A stretch of DNA of 64,000 nucleotides. It comes from Candidatus Latescibacterota bacterium. Lineage in GTDB: Bacteria > Krumholzibacteriota > Krumholzibacteriia > WVZY01 > JAKEHA01. The first letter of the stretch is position 1. Every line of letters begins with the position of its first letter. A program made the translations under genes and the position numbers. The stretch is from the NCBI GenBank assembly GCA_963707635.1, contig OY970173.1:2408882-2472881 (forward strand), read 5' to 3'. Below the pieces are notes generated by a model. That model was given only the letters and a program-made list of their open reading frames with translations. It did no database searches and was not told where the DNA came from. Below are positions 18,386 through 27,361 of the stretch, piece after piece.

Positions 18386-18697
18386 CTAGGTCAGTCCGGG
18401 GATGTTCATGCCCCCGGTGATGGCGGCGATTCGCTCCCGGGCGAGCTCGGACGCCTTCTCGTGCGCCTCGTTCACGGCGGCGGTGATCAAGTCCTCGAGC
18501 ATCTCGCGGTCGCCGTCCTTGAAGACGTCGTCGCGGATCGAAAGGCGCACCAGCTTCTGCTTCCCGTTCATGCGCACGGTGACGGCCCCACCCCCGCTCG
18601 AGACGTCGAACTCTTCGGCGGCAAGCTCTTCCTCGAGCTTCGCCATCTTCGACTGCATCTGCTGCGCCTGCTTGACCATCTTCATGAAGTCCGCCAT
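18386..18697 (-). CDS. ybaB: nucleoid-associated protein YbaB/EbfC
   Basis: 103 aa: MADFMKMVKQAQQMQSKMAKLEEELA...GGGAVTVRMNGKQKL...; lies between dnaX and recR. Confidence 0.9.
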   Translation of the reverse strand: MADFMKMVKQAQQMQSKMAKLEEELAAEEFDVSSGGGAVTVRMNGKQKLVRLSIRDDVFKDGDREMLEDLITAAVNEAHEKASELARERIAAITGGMNIPGLT

Positions 18698-18709
18698 GCG
18701 AATGCCCCT

Positions 18710-20509
18710 CTAGGTTTGGTAGCGAACGATTTCGCCGTCGAATTCGCTGATGAGTTTCTGGAGCACGGGACGCTTGTCGTCGGAGATGTCGCGAAAGCGC
18801 TCCTCGGGCGCCTTCTGCTGCTCGAGCGCCTGTTCCAGCGCCACGGTCCGCTCCTCGCCCTCGGAGAAACACGCGATCTCGGCGGCCCGCCCGAAGTAGC
18901 GCGCGAACGACTCCTGCACGAACTGGATGCTCTCGGGCCGGGAGGCCTGCTCGCGCTGTAGCGCGAAGCTCTTCAGGAACCGGATGAGGAGACGGTTGCC
19001 GTCGAAGGAGTGCGGGCGCCCCGAGATGAGGCACACGCCGAGCGAGACGCGTTTCTGACGCACGAAGGTGACGAAGCCCTCCCACAATTCCTGGATCTTG
19101 GCCAGATCGAGCTCGCCGTCCGCGAGGCTCGCGGGCCGTTCGCGGTCGGCCGCTTCCTCCTCGCGGTCCTCGCGGCGCCGTCCGCCCACGAGTGCCTCGG
19201 GTCCAACCAACGGAGGCATTCCCACCTTCGCGGCACCCACGGGTCCTGCGGCCGCGCGCGCGGCGCCACCCGGCACCGGGTCCAGCGCGGGCTCGTGCGA
19301 CGGGCCTGCCGCCGGCGACGCCGACTTGCCAGGGCGCTTCGTGGCGCCCGCCCCGTCGGCCGGCCCGCCGGCGTTCGTCTCGCCGTCGAGACGGGCGATC
19401 AGCGTGCGGATGTCCGTCTGGCGGTCGAGTAGCGCCAGATCGACCAGGACGCCTTCGAGAAAAATGCGCGGGTCGGACATGCCGCGCAGGCGCCCGGCCG
19501 CGTTGCACAGCCGCTCGACCACGACGACGAGATCGGCGAGCTCGTAGTGCGCGAGGCTCTGGCGCAGGTGGTCGATCTCGCTCTGCGACCGGAACAGGAG
19601 CGACGTCAGGTCGCCCGGCACCGCGAGCACCATCAGGTCGCGGTAGCCTTCGATCAGGGCGGAGAGCAGATCGGGCAGGTCCACGCCCTCGTTCACCGCC
19701 TGCTCCAGCAGCACGAGCGGCGCCGACGCGTCCCCGCTCGCGATGCCGTCGACGAACGCGAGCACCTTCTCCTGGTCGATGAGACCGAGAATGTCGCGCA
19801 CCGCCGCGGCGGTCACGTTACCGCCCGACGCCGTCACGCACTGGTCGAGCAGGCTGGTGCCGTCGCGCATGCTCCCGTCGGCCTTGCGGGCCAAGAGGCG
19901 CAGGCCGTCGGCCTCGTACTGGACCTTCTCCGCCCGGCAGATGACTTCCAGCTGGCCGGCGATCTCGGCGTTCTCTAGCCGCTTGAAATGGTGGCGCTGG
20001 CAGCGGGACTTGATCGTGTCGGGGATCTTCTGCGGCGAAGTGGTCGCGAAGACGAAATAGACGTGCGCGGGCGGCTCTTCCAGCGTCTTGAGCAGCGCGT
20101 TGAACGCGTGCGTCGAGAGCATGTGCACTTCGTCGATCACGTACACCTTGTTGCGACTCTGGCTCGGCGTGAAGCCGATGCTCTCCTGGAGCTCGCGCAC
20201 CTCGCCCACACCGGTGTGCGAGGCGCCGTCGATTTCCATCACGTCGAGGTGGTTGCCGCGCATGACCGCGACGCACGACGGGCACTGGTTGCAGGGGTTA
20301 CCGTTCTGGAGATTCTCGCAGTTGATGACGCGGGCGAGTATGCGCGCCGTGCTGGTCTTGCCGCACCCGCGCGGGCCCGAAAAGAGATACGCGTGCGACA
20401 CACGCCCGCTCTCGACCGCCTTCTTGAGCGTGCGCGTGATGTGCTCCTGGCCGACGACGTCGTCGAAGGTCAGGGGTCGCCACTTGCGGGCCAGGACCTC
20501 GTAGCTCAT
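18710..20509 (-). CDS. dnaX: DNA polymerase III subunit gamma/tau
   Basis: YEVLARKWRPLTFDDVVGQEH, GPRGCGKTSTARILA, zinc module CNQCPSC, VYVIDEVHMLS. ATG 20509 is preferred because the longer track start (20557) overlaps the SRP RNA hairpin. Confidence 0.93.
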   Translation of the reverse strand: MSYEVLARKWRPLTFDDVVGQEHITRTLKKAVESGRVSHAYLFSGPRGCGKTSTARILARVINCENLQNGNPCNQCPSCVAVMRGNHLDVMEIDGASHTGVGEVRELQESIGFTPSQSRNKVYVIDEVHMLSTHAFNALLKTLEEPPAHVYFVFATTSPQKIPDTIKSRCQRHHFKRLENAEIAGQLEVICRAEKVQYEADGLRLLARKADGSMRDGTSLLDQCVTASGGNVTAAAVRDILGLIDQEKVLAFVDGIASGDASAPLVLLEQAVNEGVDLPDLLSALIEGYRDLMVLAVPGDLTSLLFRSQSEIDHLRQSLAHYELADLVVVVERLCNAAGRLRGMSDPRIFLEGVLVDLALLDRQTDIRTLIARLDGETNAGGPADGAGATKRPGKSASPAAGPSHEPALDPVPGGAARAAAGPVGAAKVGMPPLVGPEALVGGRRREDREEEAADRERPASLADGELDLAKIQELWEGFVTFVRQKRVSLGVCLISGRPHSFDGNRLLIRFLKSFALQREQASRPESIQFVQESFARYFGRAAEIACFSEGEERTVALEQALEQQKAPEERFRDISDDKRPVLQKLISEFDGEIVRYQT

Positions 20510-20556
20510 TCGATCCTTCCGGACGACGGCGCGGCGCCCGCGGCGGCGCCGCGTCA

Positions 20557-20669
20557 CGAGTGGCGGTCAGGCGTGTCCACGTCACATGAGCAGATCCGCT
20601 TACCGCTGCTACCTTCCGGTCCTGACGGAATTCACGGCAACTCATTGCGTGGGACCCGACCGCCACTCG
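20557..20669 (-). ncRNA. ffs: signal recognition particle RNA (small 4.5S-type)
   Basis: The minus strand reads ...CCGUCAGGACCGGAAGGUAGCAGC..., matching the universally conserved domain IV motif (E. coli GUCAGGUCCGGAAGGAAGCAGC). It is enclosed by a long closing helix CGAGUGGCGGUCGGG / CCUGACCGCCACUCG. The position upstream of dnaX-ybaB-recR is the classical synteny. Confidence 0.75.
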
Positions 20670-20725
20670 TGCACGCGAGCACGGCCGCCGCGCTGCCGGA
20701 CCCGCGGGCCCGGCGTGGAGAAAAA

Positions 20726-20801
20726 TGGTGGAGATGAGCGGGCTCGAACCGCCGACCTCCTCGTTGCGAACGAGGCGCTCTCCCAGCTGAGCTACATCCC
20801 C
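20726..20801 (-). tRNA. tRNA-Ala (anticodon CGC)
   Basis: Minus strand GGGGATGTAGCTCAGCTGGGAGAGCGCCTCGTTCGCAACGAGGAGGTCGGCGGTTCGAGCCCGCTCATCTCCACCA, with a G3:U70 pair, anticodon loop TTCGCAA and encoded CCA. Confidence 0.9.
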
Positions 20802-20849
20802 ACCTGCCCGGCCGATCGCCCCGGGGTGGTGTCAAATCTAACAAAAAAA

Positions 20850-20939
20850 TGGCGGAGAGAGAGGGATTCGAACCCTCGGAACGCTTGCGCGCTCAACGGT
20901 TTTCGAGACCGCCCCATTCAACCGCTCTGGCATCTCTCC
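20850..20939 (-). tRNA. tRNA-Ser (anticodon CGA)
   Basis: Minus strand GGAGAGATGCCAGAGCGGTTGAATGG...GGTCTCGAAAACC...long variable arm...GGTTCGAATCCCTCTCTCTCCGCCA. Confidence 0.9.
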
Positions 20940-21010
20940 GGGCGGATACTACTAGAGGTCGAACGCGAAGGCAAGTCTCGACATCGCCGCCAGAACCGCG
21001 GCGCGTGGCC

Positions 21011-21220
21011 TCATTCGAGGGGTGGGCGCTTCGCTTCTTCCCGGCGGGCGCGGCGCGTGGAAACCGAATCGAGCACAAGGAGCTTTTCTTCCGGAGTCAT
21101 CCCCGACCACATCGCGATCTCGTCGAGTGTGCGCAGACAGCCGGCGCAGAGGTCGGTGACGGGATCGACCGAGCACAGGTTGGTGCACGGAGACGGCGGG
21201 TGCGGCATCGAGTCCGACAT
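21011..21220 (-). CDS. DUF1289 domain protein (small Cys-rich, YdhL-like)
   Basis: SPCTNLCSVDPVTDLCAGCLRTLDEIAMWSGMTPEEK matches the DUF1289 pattern. Confidence 0.7.
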   Translation of the reverse strand: MSDSMPHPPSPCTNLCSVDPVTDLCAGCLRTLDEIAMWSGMTPEEKLLVLDSVSTRRARREEAKRPPLE

Positions 21221-21229
21221 GAGAGCAAA

Positions 21230-22300
21230 CTAGGCCGATTCCAGCCGGCGAGCAAACCCCTTCGAGACCTCGAGCGCCAGCTCGAACGAGCGGCGGCAGG
21301 TCGCTTCGCTCGACCCCGCCAGGCCGCACGACGCCGTCACCAGCGACCGGGCGCGAATGCGATCGAGGTCGACTCCCTCCCCCGCGTCCACCAGCCGCCG
21401 GGCCGAATCGAACCAGCGCGCGGCCAGCGCGTCGGCGTCGACACCGCTCAAGTCGTCGAGGGTGGGGATCCATCCCCAGGCGACGTTCCCACCGCCCGCC
21501 ACGTAGCGGCGGGCGTCCGCGTCGCGCGCGAAGTCGCCTCCCCCGCGGTAGGCATCGAACGAATAGAGGTCCGGCTCGAGGTCGGCGATGACCGACAGAG
21601 GAACTTGATCGCAGCAGTGCAGTCCGACCAGGACGCCGGGCCGGCGCACGCGCAGGATGACGGAACGCAGCAGGTCGACGATCGCCGCGCGCCGGTCCGG
21701 CTCCCGGCGCAGCGCGACGCCGAGATAGGCGTCGTCGAGCACCAGCAGCACCGACGGGGCGTGGCGGAGCAGGGCCTCCGACTGCCAGCGGGCGAGGCGA
21801 ACGATGTAGTTGCCTATCGCCGCGCGCGCCTCCGGGCGATCGAGCAGCGGCGAGCCTTCGGCGAGCAGCATGCACGCCACCGTGACCGGCCCCATCACCT
21901 GTCCCTTGATGGCGCGCGCGCGCGCAAACATCCCGCGCTCGAGCCCCTCCACGAACGCGAAGTAGCCGGAGGCGGCGCCCGGCTCGAAACGTGCCTCCCC
22001 GTTCTCGAGCGCCGCGAGCAGTCGATCGATGCGCTCGACCGGCACCGCGAACGCGTGCTCGCCGCGCACGGCGACGACGTGGCGAAAAGCGGCGCCCAGG
22101 GTCTGCGGAATCATGGCCTCACGGGTGCACTTGCGGCGCAGCTGCGGCCAGAACGGAACCTCGGGCGCGTACTCGGCGACGAACCGGACCGCGGCGGCGG
22201 GGTCGAGGAACGGGAGGCTTCCCACGCCGGAAACCGAACCGTCGCCGCAGAACCACACGGATGGTGCGCGTATCGGAACGTCGTCGCCCTGAACAGTCAT
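21230..22300 (-). CDS. hypothetical protein; cobalamin-independent methionine synthase C-terminal / URO-D-like TIM-barrel suspected
   Basis: 356 aa with good coding composition. GSLPFLDPAAAVRFVAEYAPEVPFWPQLRR resembles MetE-core-like proteins. The family assignment is from memory only. Confidence 0.45.
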   Translation of the reverse strand: MTVQGDDVPIRAPSVWFCGDGSVSGVGSLPFLDPAAAVRFVAEYAPEVPFWPQLRRKCTREAMIPQTLGAAFRHVVAVRGEHAFAVPVERIDRLLAALENGEARFEPGAASGYFAFVEGLERGMFARARAIKGQVMGPVTVACMLLAEGSPLLDRPEARAAIGNYIVRLARWQSEALLRHAPSVLLVLDDAYLGVALRREPDRRAAIVDLLRSVILRVRRPGVLVGLHCCDQVPLSVIADLEPDLYSFDAYRGGGDFARDADARRYVAGGGNVAWGWIPTLDDLSGVDADALAARWFDSARRLVDAGEGVDLDRIRARSLVTASCGLAGSSEATCRRSFELALEVSKGFARRLESA

Positions 22301-22362
22301 TTGTCCCTTGTGGCTCGATCGACGAACGCAGCCGACTCGAGCCCCATCAGCGGTAAATACTA

Positions 22363-22452
22363 TGGCGGAGAGAGAGGGATTCGAACCCTCGGAACGCTTT
22401 CGCGCTCACACGATTTCCAATCGTGCCGATTAAACCACTCTCGCATCTCTCC
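22363..22452 (-). tRNA. tRNA-Ser (anticodon GGA)
   Basis: Minus strand GGAGAGATGCGAGAGTGGTTTAATCGGCACGATTGGAAATCGTG...long variable arm...GGTTCGAATCCCTCTCTCTCCGCCA. Confidence 0.9.
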
Positions 22453-22477
22453 CTAAGACCATGGCCGACGCCGCGCG

Positions 22478-22933
22478 TTACGCGCGGCGCGCCTCGAAAA
22501 ACCGTTGCATGAGTTCACGGCACCGCGCTTCCTCCACCCCACCGATGACGGTCACGCGGTGGAGCAGACGCGGTTCGTTGGGTATCGCCAGGACGCTTTC
22601 ACACGCGCCCATTTTCGGCTCGCGCGCGCCGAAGACGACGCGCGGCAGCCGGGCGAGGAGCACCGCACCGATGCACATGACGCAGGGCTCGATGGTCGAA
22701 TAGAGCACCGCCTGCCCGAGATCGTGCGCGCCAACGGTTGCGACCGCCTGCCACAGCGCGAGAATCTCCGCGTGCTCGAAGGGCTGGCCGGTGCGAACGC
22801 TGCGATTGTGCCCCCGACCGACCACCCGCTCTTCCAGCACCACCACCGCTCCCACCGGAACTTCGCCGGCCTCGTACGCCGTCTCCGCCTCGCGGATGGC
22901 CTCGGCCATCCACCGCGCGTCCGAGTCCGTCAT
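22478..22933 (-). CDS. tadA: tRNA-specific adenosine deaminase
   Basis: W.AEAIREAE...GEVPVGAVVV...HAEILAL...EPCVMCIGAV gives the CDA zinc motifs H-A-E and P-C-x-x-C. ATG at 22933. Confidence 0.9.
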   Translation of the reverse strand: MTDSDARWMAEAIREAETAYEAGEVPVGAVVVLEERVVGRGHNRSVRTGQPFEHAEILALWQAVATVGAHDLGQAVLYSTIEPCVMCIGAVLLARLPRVVFGAREPKMGACESVLAIPNEPRLLHRVTVIGGVEEARCRELMQRFFEARRA

Positions 22934-22949
22934 AACGCCTTTGAGCCGC

Positions 22950-23654
22950 TCACCGGGCCGGGAGGCTCGCCGCCAGCGACTGTGCAACCTTGATCGCCAC
23001 GTCCTCGAACGGGGGCGCGCGATGGACCTTCTTCCCCAGGTCGGCGTAGACGGCTCCCGACCCGCTGGTCACGAGCGAGCGATCCGCCGTCTCGGAACGG
23101 GCCCCCTCAATATAGTCCTCGTCAGTGGCCCGGAACAGCGTCGTGCCGTCCTTCGCATCCACCACCGTGATGGTGGCGCCGACGTAGGTCGCAGGCGTGG
23201 CGTTCTCGGTGATGTCGACCTCGTCTTTCTGCCACAGGTCGACTACCGGGATCAGAAATGCATCGCACTGCAACTGGCGGGCGAGCTCGCCCAGGAACTT
23301 CATATCCGGCTTGTCCGTGTTCGCATACGACGTCAGGCAGTTCGCGTACGCGGCGGTCCACTGGTTCTGCTCGACGGCGTAGTCGACCGTGCCCGGGGCG
23401 ATGAACTTGTAGTCCTTGCGCGTCGCCAGCGCCTCATCCAGGTATCGCTCCAACGTCTTCGGCGCGACGCCGTCGGGATCGTCCTGATGATTGAGCGAGC
23501 TCGCAAACCGCAGCACCGCGATCTTGCTGAATTGTTGCGCGACCGGGACTTTGGTGTCGGTGAAGCGCGGGTCGACGAAGACGTTGATCGGGTGCTGCTT
23601 GCGGCAGGACACCAACGCCACCAGGAGGATCGCGGCAACGACCAAACGCCTCAT
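22950..23654 (-). CDS. hypothetical lipoprotein
   Basis: From ATG 23654: MRRLVVAAILLVALVSC has a lipobox (LVS-C). No catalytic motif recognised. Confidence 0.6.
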   Translation of the reverse strand: MRRLVVAAILLVALVSCRKQHPINVFVDPRFTDTKVPVAQQFSKIAVLRFASSLNHQDDPDGVAPKTLERYLDEALATRKDYKFIAPGTVDYAVEQNQWTAAYANCLTSYANTDKPDMKFLGELARQLQCDAFLIPVVDLWQKDEVDITENATPATYVGATITVVDAKDGTTLFRATDEDYIEGARSETADRSLVTSGSGAVYADLGKKVHRAPPFEDVAIKVAQSLAASLPAR

Positions 23655-23769
23655 TCGTGAACTCCTTCTCGCCGTTGCGACGGTCGACGGCGAAGGCATC
23701 TAGAGTATCCCCCGCGCCAGCGCCTGTCAACCGCACGGCGACTTCGATAGTGGGTCCGAGTCCTGCTTT

Positions 23770-23799
23770 TTGACAACCGTCCCCGCGCACGCGTACACT
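23770..23799 (+). promoter_or_regulatory. candidate sigma70-type promoter TTGACA-N18-TACACT for the downstream glycosyltransferase
   Basis: TTGACA at 23770-23775 and TACACT at 23794-23799. This favours ATG 23840 over GTG 23807 as the start. Confidence 0.35.
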
Positions 23800-23839
23800 C
23801 GCCCGGGTGAGTACGTCCCGGGGTGACGAGCGACCGCGC

Positions 23840-24907
23840 ATGCTGCTGCTCGGTGACGCGCGCCAGGTGCATCTGCGACGCTGGGCGGCGTATTTCACGG
23901 AGCACGGCTACGATGTGCTCACGCTCTCGCTCGAGCCGGGAGAGGGATTTCCCTCGCGATTCCGGAAACTCTCCGTCCCCGACCTGCTTCCCGACGCGCT
24001 GCGCTACCCGCTCGCGGCGGTCGCGGTGCGCCGCGCCTGCCGGGAGTTTCGTCCCCACGTCGTGAGCGCGCATTTCGTCCCCAACTACGGACTGATCGCG
24101 GCATTGGTGCGGCCGCGCTCATGGGTCTTGAGCACCTGGGGCAGCGACGTGATGACCGACCCGGACAAGAGCGCGTTTCACCGCTGGCGCGCCGGCTTCG
24201 TGCTTCGCCGCGCGCCCTACGTGACCTCGGACGCGCGGGTGCTCACCGAACGAATCCGCAGCTTCGGCGTCGACGAGCAGAAGATCCTCACCTTCCCCTA
24301 CGGGGTCGACGAGCGGTTGTTCTACCCGGCCACCACCACTCCGGCCGCCGGTCCCCGGATCGTGAGCAACCGCAAACTCGAGCCCCTCTACCGCGTCGAT
24401 ACCGTAATCGACGCCTTCGCCGGGGTCCGCGAGGCCCTGCCCGACGCGGCGTTGACCGTCGCCGGCGACGGGGGGAGCCGAGCCGTGCTGGCCCGCCGCG
24501 CGGAGCGCTCCACCGCGTCGGCGGCGATCACCTTCGTCGGCGCGCTGGACCACGCGCGCATGCCGGCGCTGCTGCGCGAACACCACCTCTATGTGTCCGC
24601 CTCGCCGCACGACACCACCTCGGTCTCTCTGCTCGAGGCGATGGCGTGCGGCCTGTTTCCGGTGGTGACCGACATTCCCGCGAACCGGGAGTGGATCGTC
24701 GACGGCGAGAATGGAAGGCTGGTGGCGGCTGGTCAGGCGACGCGCTTCGCCGTCACCCTGATCGATTCGTGGCGCGACACGGGGCTGCGGGAACGCGCCC
24801 GGCGGCGAAACCTGGAGATCATCGCGGCCCGCGGGCGCTGGGAAGATTCCATGCAGCCCGCCCGCGATCTGTTCGATTCGCTGGTCGAACGTTCCGGCCT
24901 CACTTGA
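23840..24907 (+). CDS. glycosyltransferase family 4 (GT-B)
   Basis: MLLLGDARQVHLRRWAAYF...; C-terminal half ...LYVSASPHDTTSVSLLEAMACGLFPVVTDIPANREWI is the E-x7-E-type GT4 signature region. Confidence 0.75.
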   Translation: MLLLGDARQVHLRRWAAYFTEHGYDVLTLSLEPGEGFPSRFRKLSVPDLLPDALRYPLAAVAVRRACREFRPHVVSAHFVPNYGLIAALVRPRSWVLSTWGSDVMTDPDKSAFHRWRAGFVLRRAPYVTSDARVLTERIRSFGVDEQKILTFPYGVDERLFYPATTTPAAGPRIVSNRKLEPLYRVDTVIDAFAGVREALPDAALTVAGDGGSRAVLARRAERSTASAAITFVGALDHARMPALLREHHLYVSASPHDTTSVSLLEAMACGLFPVVTDIPANREWIVDGENGRLVAAGQATRFAVTLIDSWRDTGLRERARRRNLEIIAARGRWEDSMQPARDLFDSLVERSGLT

Positions 24908-24950
24908 CAACCGGCCTCCGCTCGGCAAGAATACCTGCTCTCTATCCACC

Positions 24951-25415
24951 ATGTCGACGTCACGCACCCCCGGCATCGTTCTGGTAGTCATCGGCGGCCT
25001 CCTGCTGGGCGCCGGGGTCACCGCCTACTCGAGCGCGAGCCGAAAGGCGATCCCGATCCGCCAGCGCATCGAGTCCGACCAGGCGCTGCTCGACAGCACG
25101 CGCACCGAGTTGCGCGAAGTCAGCCTTCGCTACCAGGGTTTCTCGAAGAGCGGCCAGGAAGTGCCGGACTCCATCCGGCGCTACGAAGCGGGCACGGTAT
25201 GGAAGCTGGATAAGAAGTACGGAAACCGAATCTACCTCCTCGAGAGGAAAGAACGGGACTTGACGTTCGAGATGACGAGGCTACGCATGCGCGAGGGCGC
25301 CGCGAAGCGGCGCGGGCTGGTGGTTTCGGTACCGCTGGCCGTGTTCGGAGCCGGCGTGTCGCTCGCCGGAGTCCTCATGCTGAAGCGTTCGCGGCCCCGC
25401 CCGGTTGCGGCTTGA
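24951..25415 (+). CDS. hypothetical membrane protein (N- and C-terminal TM helices flanking a coiled-coil-like segment)
   Basis: GIVLVVIGGLLLGAGVTAYSS ... GLVVSVPLAVFGAGVSLAGVLML. Confidence 0.5.
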   Translation: MSTSRTPGIVLVVIGGLLLGAGVTAYSSASRKAIPIRQRIESDQALLDSTRTELREVSLRYQGFSKSGQEVPDSIRRYEAGTVWKLDKKYGNRIYLLERKERDLTFEMTRLRMREGAAKRRGLVVSVPLAVFGAGVSLAGVLMLKRSRPRPVAA

Positions 25416-25506
25416 CGAGTCGCCAGGCCGCGGCATACGCTCCCGTGGTTATGCGCGCCCACGCAGGCGCGTGCCGCGCGTCTCGATTTCCCTGCAAGGA
25501 GCCAGC

Positions 25507-25812
25507 ATGACGTACGTCGTCACAGGCAACTGTCAGCGGTGCCGCTACACGGATTGTGTCGTCGTGTGTCCCGTGGACTGTTTCCACGCTGACGCCGAGA
25601 TGCTCTACATTGACCCGGATTCGTGCATCGACTGCGACGCGTGCGCGCCCGAGTGCCCGGTCGAGGCGATCTATCCGGAAGAAGACGTGCCCGACGACCA
25701 GAAGCAGTGGATCGAGATCAACCGGGATCGCGCCGCCGCGAACCCGATCATCACCGACAAGCAGCCCCCGCTCCCCACCGCCGAGGCGCGGAAGAAGGAA
25801 CTGGGCTTCTAG
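25507..25812 (+). CDS. fdxA: 7Fe ferredoxin ([3Fe-4S][4Fe-4S], Azotobacter FdI type)
   Basis: MTYVVTGNCQRCRYTDCVVVCPVDCFHADAEMLYIDPDSCIDCDACAPECPVEAIY has collinear Cys spacing with FdI. GGAG RBS before ATG 25507. Confidence 0.9.
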   Translation: MTYVVTGNCQRCRYTDCVVVCPVDCFHADAEMLYIDPDSCIDCDACAPECPVEAIYPEEDVPDDQKQWIEINRDRAAANPIITDKQPPLPTAEARKKELGF

Positions 25813-25829
25813 CGCGTCTCAAAGACGGG

Positions 25830-25872
25830 AAGAAAAACGGGCCCCGATCGCATGGTCGGGGCCCGTTCTCGT
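25830..25872. terminator. bidirectional intrinsic terminator between convergent fdxA and the DUF4340/ABC operon
   Basis: 11-bp GC stem ACGGGCCCCGA / TCGGGGCCCGT (25837-25847 / 25856-25866), flanked by A-rich 5' sequence (T-run on the minus strand) and TCTCGTT on the 3' side. Confidence 0.5.
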
Positions 25873-25981
25873 TCCGGTTCCGCTAAGGAGGAATGCACTC
25901 CCTCCGACGCCAATCCGCAGTCGCGCATTTCAACAATGTGCGCGGGCGGACGGCGGCAGAGGGAGTGCATTCCTCCCTTTC

Positions 25982-27346
25982 TCAACTCGCCTTCGGCTTG
26001 TCTTTCACCAGGTCCGCGCGCCGCAGGCGCAGCCCGTCGTAGCTGTCCGCCGAGATCACGTAGTACCACTTCGCGAACCGTGCGTTGAGCGCGTCCGCGC
26101 GCTTGCGCCCCGCTTCGACCTTCTGGCTCCAGCGATCGTGCACGTCCTGGATGTCCTTCTGCCGGCGATCCACCGGGGTCCACGTGCTGTCCGGCTTCGT
26201 CTGGAACGCGAGGATCGTGGCCTTCGCCGGCTCCGGGAACCGTGACGGATCGAACGACGCTGTGATCATGAGGTAGCGGTTCTCGCCGGCCGCGCCCTCG
26301 CCCGGCGCGGTGCTGCCCGCGCTGACCGCTTCGCCGTCGCCAAAGGCCACCTCGCCGAACCGGAGCGTGTACGACACGCCGTCGTTGGTGCGCACCTGCA
26401 ACTCGCCTTCGTTCGACACCAGGCGTCCGTCCCGGGCAAAGTAGAAGCCGTGGCTCTGGAGCGATACCATGTCGGCCTGGGTGATGGATACGCCGGCAGC
26501 CGCCCGCGAGAGCGACGCGGTGACGCCTTCCGGCTTCGGACGCACGCCCTCGATCGAAAGCTCGTCGACCGCCTTCAGCAGGTTGTTGACCTTGTAGGTG
26601 TCGAGCTCCTTGCCGGCGGGTGTTCCCGCCATCGCCCACTGCTCGCCGTTCTTCGTCACCACGATGTCGTCGCGAACGTCGAGCCGGCCCGACCGCTCGT
26701 CGATGGAGTAGTCCTTCAGGTCGAAGCGCTCGATCTCCTCTTTCTCGATCTGCATCAGATCCGCTTCGATCCAATCCTTGAACTTGGTGGAGATATCGAG
26801 GTTCACCCGCGCGCCATACACCCGCTTCTGGCCGGGCACGCGCACGAGCCGGAACCCTTCGCGCCCTTCGAACGACTTGCCGATGATGAGATCGGCCAGC
26901 ACCACGTCGTTCTCCCCCTTGATGGTCACGCGCTTGCCGCGCCCCTTGAGGCTCGGGCTGGTCATGTCGAGGGGGTCGATGACGCCGCACGCCTCGTGGT
27001 CGGTGACGTTGTCGGTGCGGAAATCGTCCTTGGTGATCCCGATCATTCCGGCGGCCGTCTTGGCCAGACGGTCCTTGCCGTCGGCCGGGTAGCCGTGGTG
27101 CGAGGGGATCGTCCACTTCCCGCCCTGAAACGTCACCTTGAACGGCACCGCCGCGCCGGTCTGCTCGTCCCAGTCCACGACTTCCAGCGTCCGCGCGGCG
27201 TTGGGGTCAGTGAAATCCGGGAAGAACGCTTCGCCCTGATCGAAGAACGCTTCCGGCGTCTTCTGACGCGGCGCCGTCAATATGGACAAGGCCGCGAGCA
27301 CCACCGCACCGGCGGCAAAATAGATCGTCTTGCGCATCTCGCTCAT
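25982..27346 (-). CDS. DUF4340-like periplasmic protein, third gene of the GldA/GldFG-like ABC operon
   Basis: N-terminal anchor MSEMRKTIYFAAGAVVLAALSILTA. Repetitive beta-rich body. Position directly downstream of a GldG-like gene is the usual DUF4340 context. Confidence 0.6.
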   Translation of the reverse strand: MSEMRKTIYFAAGAVVLAALSILTAPRQKTPEAFFDQGEAFFPDFTDPNAARTLEVVDWDEQTGAAVPFKVTFQGGKWTIPSHHGYPADGKDRLAKTAAGMIGITKDDFRTDNVTDHEACGVIDPLDMTSPSLKGRGKRVTIKGENDVVLADLIIGKSFEGREGFRLVRVPGQKRVYGARVNLDISTKFKDWIEADLMQIEKEEIERFDLKDYSIDERSGRLDVRDDIVVTKNGEQWAMAGTPAGKELDTYKVNNLLKAVDELSIEGVRPKPEGVTASLSRAAAGVSITQADMVSLQSHGFYFARDGRLVSNEGELQVRTNDGVSYTLRFGEVAFGDGEAVSAGSTAPGEGAAGENRYLMITASFDPSRFPEPAKATILAFQTKPDSTWTPVDRRQKDIQDVHDRWSQKVEAGRKRADALNARFAKWYYVISADSYDGLRLRRADLVKDKPKAS

Positions 27347-27361
27347 CGTCGTCCTCCGTGC

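Noticed and set aside
18710-20509. Programmed -1 frameshift site (A AAA AAG type) in dnaX for gamma-subunit production
   Set aside because: No A-rich slippery heptamer is visible on the coding strand of this high-GC dnaX.
20850-22452. DUF1289 and MetE-like genes bracketed by two tRNA-Ser genes sharing an identical 36-nt 3' segment; possible tRNA-targeted genomic islet with direct repeats
   Set aside because: Both flanks are complete tRNAs with different anticodons (CGA, GGA), so the shared 3' halves are simply isoacceptor similarity. No integrase or compositional break is present.
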